Positions 58,113 to 64,000 of a stretch of DNA of 64,000 nt are shown here, in pieces. The notes under the pieces are model-generated. The model saw only the letters and a program-made list of their open reading frames with translations. It was not told where the DNA came from and did not search any database. The stretch lies in NCBI GenBank assembly GCA_002712305.1, contig PATE01000063.1, forward strand, positions 54,984 to 118,983. Direction: 5' to 3'. Each line of letters begins with the position of its first letter. The first letter of the stretch is position 1. The position numbers were made by a program, and so were the translations under genes. This DNA comes from Gemmatimonadota bacterium. GTDB lineage: Bacteria; Latescibacterota; UBA2968; UBA8231.

Positions 58113-59071
58113 ACCTCCCGTTCGGAGGTGACCTTGAGTTCCAATTTCTTGATCCGGGTCAGGACATCTTCCATCAGGGCGCGGTTGGTCGCGATTAAAT
58201 CGGCGACGACGCCCGTGAGGAACATCTGAAAGCCGGCCAGCAACAGAACCGCCGCCAAGATCACTGACTGAATGTGTAGATCGCCTTCATCGGTGAGCAG
58301 GAGGTAGTAGAGAAACCGGATACCAAGGGCAACACCCGCCGCGAAGGTGATTGCGCCGCAGGCCGAAAAGATCTTCAACGCCTTGTAGCGGGCATAGGTG
58401 CGCAGGGAAATCGAACCCGATTTGAGCACGAACTCCCCCACATTCGAAAACAGACGTGATTCGCGTGCCTTCGGATTGGTTCGGATCGGTACCGCCACCA
58501 CCGCCCAGTGGTCCTGGCCCGCCTGAACCACGTGTTCGGCCGTGTGGTCGAAGTCGGTGAACATGGAGATCTTCAGAGCCGTCTCTCGCGTATAGGCACG
58601 AAAGCCTGAGGCTACATCGGGGATCTGCAGCCCGCCCAGCCGACTGATCACACGACTACCATAGGTCTGTAGCGCTCGTTTCAACAACGAGAAGTGACCG
58701 ATCTCGCCGGTGCGGCGATCACCGATCACAAGGTCGGCCCGCTGCTCCAGAATCGGTTGAACGAGCGTTTCTACATCGCCCCCGAAGTACTGGTTGTCGC
58801 CATCAGTGTTGATAATGATGTCAGCACCCAGGCGCAGGGCAGTGTCGAAGCCAGCCTTGAAGGCATGGCCCAGGCCGCGATTCTGCGCGAAGCGTACGAT
58901 GTGATCGGCGCCATTCTCGCGGGCGACTTCGGACGTACGGTCTGTCGATCCGTCGTCGATGATGAGGATCTCCACCGCATCGATGCCTTCGATCTGGCGA
59001 GGGATGTCCGCCATCGTGGCGCCAAGGGTCTCCTCTTCATTGAGACAGGGGATCTGCACGATCAGTTTCAT
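58109..59071 (-). CDS. family-2 glycosyltransferase, polyprenyl-phosphate sugar transferase type (DPM1/ArnC-like)
   Basis: VQIPCLNEE...ILIIDDGSTDRT...TDGDNQ; C-terminal TM helices as in GtrB/ArnC. Confidence 0.8.
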   Translation of the reverse strand: MKLIVQIPCLNEEETLGATMADIPRQIEGIDAVEILIIDDGSTDRTSEVARENGADHIVRFAQNRGLGHAFKAGFDTALRLGADIIINTDGDNQYFGGDVETLVQPILEQRADLVIGDRRTGEIGHFSLLKRALQTYGSRVISRLGGLQIPDVASGFRAYTRETALKISMFTDFDHTAEHVVQAGQDHWAVVAVPIRTNPKARESRLFSNVGEFVLKSGSISLRTYARYKALKIFSACGAITFAAGVALGIRFLYYLLLTDEGDLHIQSVILAAVLLLAGFQMFLTGVVADLIATNRALMEDVLTRIKKLELKVTSEREV

Positions 59072-59074
59072 GGA

Positions 59075-59947
59075 CTATCCCCAGCTTTCCTGTTTGATCT
59101 GCCGCTTGTCGAATCCGAGTTCGTGCAGAATCTGGATCATCGTTTCGACGAATTTCGGCGCCGGCTCCTCGCCTCGTTCGCGCGCTTCCTTCCGCTCCCA
59201 CGGCAGAACACCAGGACCACAGCAGTAGACGAGCGTTCGATCCAGATCCTTCACGTAGGATTTGATCAACTCGGCGTCGAGGCGACCCTTACGGGAAGCT
59301 GGCTCAATCTGATGGGGATCTTCGCGTGTCAGGCTATGGAGAACCGTCAACTGTTCGGAATGCGCTGCGGCCAAGGCGGCAAACTGGTCGTAGTAGAAGA
59401 TGTCAGAGCGTGTCTTGCTGCTATAGAGCAGAACATGGTGCAAATCATCACCCCGATGAATCGAGTCTTTGATCAGCCCGAAGTTCGGCACGATGCCGGA
59501 CCCCGCGCACAGATGAAGGACCGTGTCTGCCTTCTGGCCCGCGTCTTGTGGAATCGCATAGGGGCCCGTGAACCCGCTGATGGTCAATGTCGTTCCGGGT
59601 GGGCAGTGACGACTCAATGGGGGCGACAACACAGGAGGGTACTTGGACTCACCCGGCCAGAATCGCTCTTCCTTTACCGTGATCAGGATGTGCGGCTCGT
59701 GTGGCGCGGACCCCATAGAGTAGGCACGCGGTTTCTCCCGAGTCCCCTTCACCTCTTCCAAGTAGGCGATCACCTGTTCGAGAAATCCGAACTGATGTGG
59801 ATCGATGGTGATGAATTGACCCGCCTTGTAGTCGCGCTCTTCGTCACCGATGTCGAGCAGGAGACTGGCCGCATCGTGCGTCTCCTCGCGCACGTCGGCG
59901 ACAACAGCCTGGATCTCGCGCACCTTGCGGCCCCGTTCTTCAGCCAT
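59075..59947 (-). CDS. ferredoxin-NADP reductase family FAD/NAD(P)-binding oxidoreductase
   Basis: RAYSMGS (RxYS FAD motif), HLCAGSGIVP (GxGxxP NAD motif), C-terminal CGP. Confidence 0.75.
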   Translation of the reverse strand: MAEERGRKVREIQAVVADVREETHDAASLLLDIGDEERDYKAGQFITIDPHQFGFLEQVIAYLEEVKGTREKPRAYSMGSAPHEPHILITVKEERFWPGESKYPPVLSPPLSRHCPPGTTLTISGFTGPYAIPQDAGQKADTVLHLCAGSGIVPNFGLIKDSIHRGDDLHHVLLYSSKTRSDIFYYDQFAALAAAHSEQLTVLHSLTREDPHQIEPASRKGRLDAELIKSYVKDLDRTLVYCCGPGVLPWERKEARERGEEPAPKFVETMIQILHELGFDKRQIKQESWG

Positions 59948-60959
59948 CGATCAGATCACCGAAGGGTGGGTGGGTGCCCCTTCCAGATGCCTCACGCAGG
60001 TGACGGCGGATTGTCATCATCGTTGGCTCGTCGCTGAGGGGAAACTGGAGCAGCTCGAGATCGGCGCTGATCGGATCTCGGGCCGCCAGAATCAGGCGGA
60101 AGAACAGGTGATGCATATCCAGCGCACAGCGGGACTCCGACGAGGGCATGGCTGCACCAAGTTCACCAAGAATAGACTGCTTTGAGGTCAGGGAAACACG
60201 AGCGCAGTCGAGGGGCGAAGTATACTGAAGGGCTCGTCTTTCGGTCCAGTCCCAACCTAACTTACCCAGCTCCAGGAACGCGATTCGTTGACCTGCAGGA
60301 CACATCACATTGCGAGGCTGATAGTCTGTGGTCCCCAGTGTCGCCGGTCGGGCCGCCAGCAGGCCATGGAGGGTCCGAAGGCTTGTCGCCAACCGATCGA
60401 AACACGACATGGCGTCCCATATCCGAAGCGTCTTGCCCAGGCCCTCGAGGGCCACCTCTTCTATCGCCCGCCAGCGGTCGGTCAGGTCCTCGTGATGGCC
60501 CCCCAGGACAACACGATTCTGCCAATTCGGCTGCGTCGCCAACGTCTCTTCGATGAGTAGCAATTCGGCGATGACCCGGCTGACACATCCCACGGGCATC
60601 TGCCCAAAGCACACGTCGAGGAACGTTCGATCGCCGAGATACTCCATGAAAATGAACTGTCCCTCAGGGTCGATACCAAAAGGAACCGGGACATGACATC
60701 CCGCTTGACGCAGAGCTCGATTGACTTCGAACTCGACCTGCAGCAGATCGAAGTTCTCGCCGCGTGTGAGCAAGCCGAAGAATTGGTGCTTGGCCACAAC
60801 GCGGCTGCCGTCGGAAAGCCGCAGGAGCCAAACATCGGGAGCAATGGAGCTGAGTTCGCGGACATCGGGTCGCCCGGGTACGATGGACGACGTCACCTCA
60901 CGTAGATGGGCCTCTACGCTCTGGGACCACTGTGCATCACTGACGACGGGATGCGTCAA
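59940..60959 (-). CDS. APH-like phosphotransferase / protein-kinase-fold protein
   Basis: 339 aa; kinase-like fold with Brenner-like HGDL.. region and a DxxxxN-like catalytic loop (DYQPRNVM). Possibly a small-molecule or sugar kinase. Confidence 0.6.
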   Translation of the reverse strand: MTHPVVSDAQWSQSVEAHLREVTSSIVPGRPDVRELSSIAPDVWLLRLSDGSRVVAKHQFFGLLTRGENFDLLQVEFEVNRALRQAGCHVPVPFGIDPEGQFIFMEYLGDRTFLDVCFGQMPVGCVSRVIAELLLIEETLATQPNWQNRVVLGGHHEDLTDRWRAIEEVALEGLGKTLRIWDAMSCFDRLATSLRTLHGLLAARPATLGTTDYQPRNVMCPAGQRIAFLELGKLGWDWTERRALQYTSPLDCARVSLTSKQSILGELGAAMPSSESRCALDMHHLFFRLILAARDPISADLELLQFPLSDEPTMMTIRRHLREASGRGTHPPFGDLIDG

Positions 60960-60964
60960 CGGGC

Positions 60965-61339
60965 TCAGGCTGGATCGAAGAGGATGACCTGGGCGACGAC
61001 CTTGCCAGCCTGACAGTTGAAGTCGGGGTTGTCGTTCATCGCAAGAAAGAGGGTTCCACTGTGATCGGAGATGATGTCGTGGCGGGCACCCACTGCGAAA
61101 ACCGGACCGTCACCGATGCGGGCAACGAGGCATCCCACGTTAGCGCCAGGCAGCAGATATCCATCCCCTGCAGCGTGCTTGTAGACGCCATCCGCCCCAC
61201 ACCATGCGATCTGATCACGCATGTCAGGTGACCAGACCTCTTCGACGTCGAATACGACGCGCTGGCCTTCCCTCACACTGATGAGGGTGTCCTGCCACGT
61301 CGGACTTGGGCGTATGGTTCGCAGAATCGTGAGTGCCAT
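60965..61339 (-). CDS. PA-IL (LecA)-like lectin-domain protein
   Basis: 124 aa; pattern ...AGDGYLLPGANVGCLVARIGDGPVFAVGARHDI...FLAMNDNP..F..N.G resembles P. aeruginosa LecA. No signal peptide. Confidence 0.5.
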   Translation of the reverse strand: MALTILRTIRPSPTWQDTLISVREGQRVVFDVEEVWSPDMRDQIAWCGADGVYKHAAGDGYLLPGANVGCLVARIGDGPVFAVGARHDIISDHSGTLFLAMNDNPDFNCQAGKVVAQVILFDPA

Positions 61340-61423
61340 ATCGCTACAATCGGCACACGAGACGATCGTGGCAACCTCGGCCTCTGCATGCGTAGATTGG
61401 CTCTGAGGTCAAGAAAGGATCCT

Positions 61424-62491
61424 ATGTCGCAATTACAGTACTTCGATCTGTTCTGTCAGCTGCTGACGATCCCATGTCCGTCGGGTAGAGAGGAACGGAT
61501 GGCAGCCTTCTTGTCTCGTCAGATCGAGGATCTCGGTGCAGAACCCGAGCACGATGCCCACGGGAATCTTTGGGTCAGCCTGCAGGGGACCACCGGAGAC
61601 TCGACGATCGCACTGGCGAGTCATATGGACGAGATCGGCATGGTGGTCGCGGCCATCGAAGACGACGGCTCCCTGCGCGTCCAACGCACGGGGGGTCTTC
61701 ATCCGTGGAAGATCGGTGAAGGCCCCGTCACCCTCGTCACCGATGGAGACAGTCTGGTCCCGGCTCATCTGAGTTTCGGTTCCGGGCACACGAACGATCC
61801 TGCTGACCCGATCAGCCAGTTTGCAACAGGTCAGCGTGGCATTACCTGGCGGGACACGCGCCTGTTGACGGGGCTGACACCGGATCAACTGCGTGAACGG
61901 GGAGTCCGGATCGGTACCTGTGCCGTTCGGGCGGCCGAAACCCGTGGACCGAACATCTTCGGCCCGGAAGATGACCCGCTCGTCTCAGCGTGGCTCTTCG
62001 ACAATCGCGGCGGCTCTCTGGTCCTGATTGAGTTGCTCCGGCGTCTGAAGCAGAACCAGATGCAGGTGAAGTCCAACCTGCGGCTGTGTTTCATGGTGCA
62101 GGAGGAGACCGGGTTGCTCGGGGCCAAGGGATGGGCCCATCGGAACCAGGTGGACACCTTCATCGCCGTCGATTCAACGCCCATGCCGGCCGAAACTCAG
62201 CTGACCCTCGACGGTCGCCCCGCGACGTGGTCGAGGGATCGGGGCGCCCACTTTCATCAGGGCTTGATCGGCGAGCTTGCCGCGGCCGCAACCGAGGCTG
62301 GAACGGATCTTCAATACGCGGTCTACAGTGCAGCCGCGTCGGACGCGACGGGTGTACTGCAGGTCGGCGCGGCTCCGAGATGCGCCACGATCGGCTATCC
62401 GAGGGAGAACTCCCATGGATATGAGGTCGTCCGTTGGTCGGTCTTCCAACAATTGATCGACACGCTATTCGCTTACGTGCAACGGGCGTGA
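61424..62491 (+). CDS. M42 family (FrvX-like) aminopeptidase
   Basis: Trimmed to the ATG at 61424 with aaagga SD. ALASHMDEIG, FMVQEETGLLGAKG motifs. Confidence 0.8.
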   Translation: MSQLQYFDLFCQLLTIPCPSGREERMAAFLSRQIEDLGAEPEHDAHGNLWVSLQGTTGDSTIALASHMDEIGMVVAAIEDDGSLRVQRTGGLHPWKIGEGPVTLVTDGDSLVPAHLSFGSGHTNDPADPISQFATGQRGITWRDTRLLTGLTPDQLRERGVRIGTCAVRAAETRGPNIFGPEDDPLVSAWLFDNRGGSLVLIELLRRLKQNQMQVKSNLRLCFMVQEETGLLGAKGWAHRNQVDTFIAVDSTPMPAETQLTLDGRPATWSRDRGAHFHQGLIGELAAAATEAGTDLQYAVYSAAASDATGVLQVGAAPRCATIGYPRENSHGYEVVRWSVFQQLIDTLFAYVQRA

Positions 62492-62501
62492 GTCGGCTGC
62501 T

Positions 62502-63884
62502 GTGAGTAGTTCGGTGCCCGACTCTCAGGTGGCTCTGGTGGGCCTGGGTGTTGAGAATCGTGCGCTTGCCGGATGGCTGGCCCGTCATGGGAATCGGTTT
62601 TCCGTCTGCGATGCGGACCCCCAATGCCAGGAACGGATCCGGAGCGATCCAGGGGCGGCCGCATGGGTATCGGCCGTCGATCACTGGCAGTTGGGCGAGC
62701 AATACCTGCAAGGACTGGGTGCCTTCGACGTGCTCTACCGATCGCCCGGCGTCTGGGCTCGACACCCGCGACTGATGGATGCACAACAGTCAGGTTCACT
62801 GATCAGCAGCCAGACACAGTTATTCCTCGATCTTTGTCCGGCCCTCGTCGTCGGGATCACCGGCACGAAGGGCAAAGGGACGACGGCGACGATGTTGGCC
62901 ACGATCCTGACACGTGCCGAAATGCCGCATCGGCTGGCCGGTAACATCGGCATTCCACCCATCGGTTTTCTGGACGAGCTTGATTCACAGGAGGTGATCG
63001 TGCTCGAGCTCTCCAGCTTCCAATTGCAGGATCTGACACGATCTCCTCAAGGGGCCATCGTCCTGCCCATCGATACGGATCATCTCGATGTTCATGCCGA
63101 TCGCTACGAATACGTTGAGGCCAAACGATCGATCAGTCGTTTCCAGACGGCATCGGATTGGGTGGTCGTGGCCGCCGAGAGCGAGACGGCCGTCAACGTG
63201 ACAGGCTCGAGCAAGGCACGGCGACTACTGGCCGGGGGATCGGCGCCCACAAAAGACGAGGGCACGTGGGTCCATGACGATCAGATCCTGTGTCGAATCG
63301 ACGGGCAGGAAAGGGTCGTCGCCCCCGTGGAGGCCCTGTCCATGCGCGGTCGGCACAATCTCGGCAATGCTTGCGCTGCCTCGGCTGCGGCGATCTTGCT
63401 GGGCGCAAAAACGGAACAGATAGAGGCTGGATTGCGCGCCTTCGAACCCCTTCCACACCGTCTGGAAGAGGTGGATACGGTAGGGGGAGTCTTGTTCGTG
63501 AACGATTCGCTCGGAACCACACCCGAATCGTCGGCGGCAGCCATCGACGCGTATGCCGATCGACCGCTGGTCGCCATCGTCGGGGGATCGAGCAAAGGTG
63601 CGCAATACGATGTGTTGGGAGATGCGCTGGCGCGCCGTGCTACAGCACTTGTCTTGCTGGGAGACGAGGGACCCAGAATCGCCGAGTCAGCGCATCGGGC
63701 AGGTTTTCAGGGAGCCGTGGTCCAGGCGATCGGAATGGACATCGCCGTCGCGGTCGCTCGCCGTCTCACCCCGGAAGGTGGCGTCGTGCTGTTGGCACCC
63801 GCCTGTGCCAGCTTTGGAATGTTTCGTGACTATGCCCAGCGGGGTGAAGCATTCCGCCAGGCTGTGAAACAACTGCCCAGATAG
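62502..63884 (+). CDS. murD: Mur ligase, UDP-N-acetylmuramoylalanine--D-glutamate ligase-like
   Basis: Aligns along the full length to E. coli MurD (VVGITGTKGKGTT, LELSSFQL, NVTEDH-like IDTDHLD, LLAPACASFGMFRDYAQRGEAF). Confidence 0.75.
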   Translation: MSSSVPDSQVALVGLGVENRALAGWLARHGNRFSVCDADPQCQERIRSDPGAAAWVSAVDHWQLGEQYLQGLGAFDVLYRSPGVWARHPRLMDAQQSGSLISSQTQLFLDLCPALVVGITGTKGKGTTATMLATILTRAEMPHRLAGNIGIPPIGFLDELDSQEVIVLELSSFQLQDLTRSPQGAIVLPIDTDHLDVHADRYEYVEAKRSISRFQTASDWVVVAAESETAVNVTGSSKARRLLAGGSAPTKDEGTWVHDDQILCRIDGQERVVAPVEALSMRGRHNLGNACAASAAAILLGAKTEQIEAGLRAFEPLPHRLEEVDTVGGVLFVNDSLGTTPESSAAAIDAYADRPLVAIVGGSSKGAQYDVLGDALARRATALVLLGDEGPRIAESAHRAGFQGAVVQAIGMDIAVAVARRLTPEGGVVLLAPACASFGMFRDYAQRGEAFRQAVKQLPR

Positions 63885-63904
63885 ATCATCTGATAGATCA
63901 TCTG
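63881..63904 (+). repeat. tandem 12-nt duplication TAGATCATCTGA/TAGATCATCTGG starting at the murD stop codon
   Basis: 11/12 identical adjacent copies seen directly. Confidence 0.6.
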
Positions 63905-64000
63905 GCTCACATCGATCACGTCCGCGAGCAGAGCCTGTCTCAGATGTTGTACATGGGGATGTGCAGCCCACACTCTTTGGCGTCTTGCGCATCAACATCT

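Noticed and set aside
58694-60037. 447-aa plus-strand ORF across the GT2/FNR-like genes
   Set aside because: Antisense to two minus-strand genes with clear family motifs; no domain signal.
1-64000. CRISPR arrays, tRNA/rRNA genes, integrases/transposases
   Set aside because: I scanned intergenic regions for T-loop-like GGTTCGAATCC motifs, regularly spaced repeats and recombinase-like ORFs and found none. This was a visual scan only.

Overview
High-GC (~64%) bacterial chromosomal segment, densely coding (~52 protein genes), with no rRNA, tRNA, CRISPR or mobile-element signatures detected. I scanned by eye only, so ncRNAs cannot be excluded.

Several traits suggest an FCB-group (Bacteroidota/Rhodothermota-like) lineage, at low confidence: a fused SecDF, a type-2 1064-aa IleRS followed by DksA/TraR-lspA-rluD, and PmoA/DUF6807 and PA-IL-like genes.

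Housekeeping content in window order:
- 1-5106 (-): an envelope operon: NlpC/P60, GT-C glycosyltransferase, TPR protein, and an HExxH-propeller-Omp85-like protein that runs off the 5' edge of the window.
- 6283-13830 (-): rluD-lspA-dksA-ileS, then yggT-yggS and an uncharacterized polytopic membrane protein.
- 13888-18613 (-): secDF, apbE, polyprenyl synthase.
- 18858-23739: an enolase-superfamily enzyme (+), then glcE-glcD and a D-cysteine desulfhydrase-family PLP enzyme (-).
- 29099-37099: map (+), tlpA-like and dnaE (-), then wecB and a UDP-xylose synthase (+).
- 38167-44801 (+): a TetR-OMF-MFP-RND efflux operon.
- 44988-49156 (+): an M-S-L molybdenum hydroxylase with a MoaD/ThiS-like carrier.
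- 49244-55022 (-): an EPS export operon, ugd-rfbB-wza-wzz, ending in dut.
- 55218-63884: tatD and argC (-), an RluA-family pseudouridine synthase (+), an M42 peptidase and a MurD-like ligase (+).

Candidates for uncharacterised biology:
1. An ABC exporter with an N-terminal PH-like plus zinc-ribbon extension, translationally coupled to a DUF1854-like ORF.
2. A macro-domain gene broken by frameshifts.
3. A tightly overlapped lectin/APH-kinase/FNR-reductase/polyprenyl-P-GT2 operon.
4. A form-II-type molybdenum hydroxylase with a MoaD-like partner.
5. Several regulatory palindromes, including an ARG box upstream of argC and a G8 tract abutting the -35 of the efflux operon.
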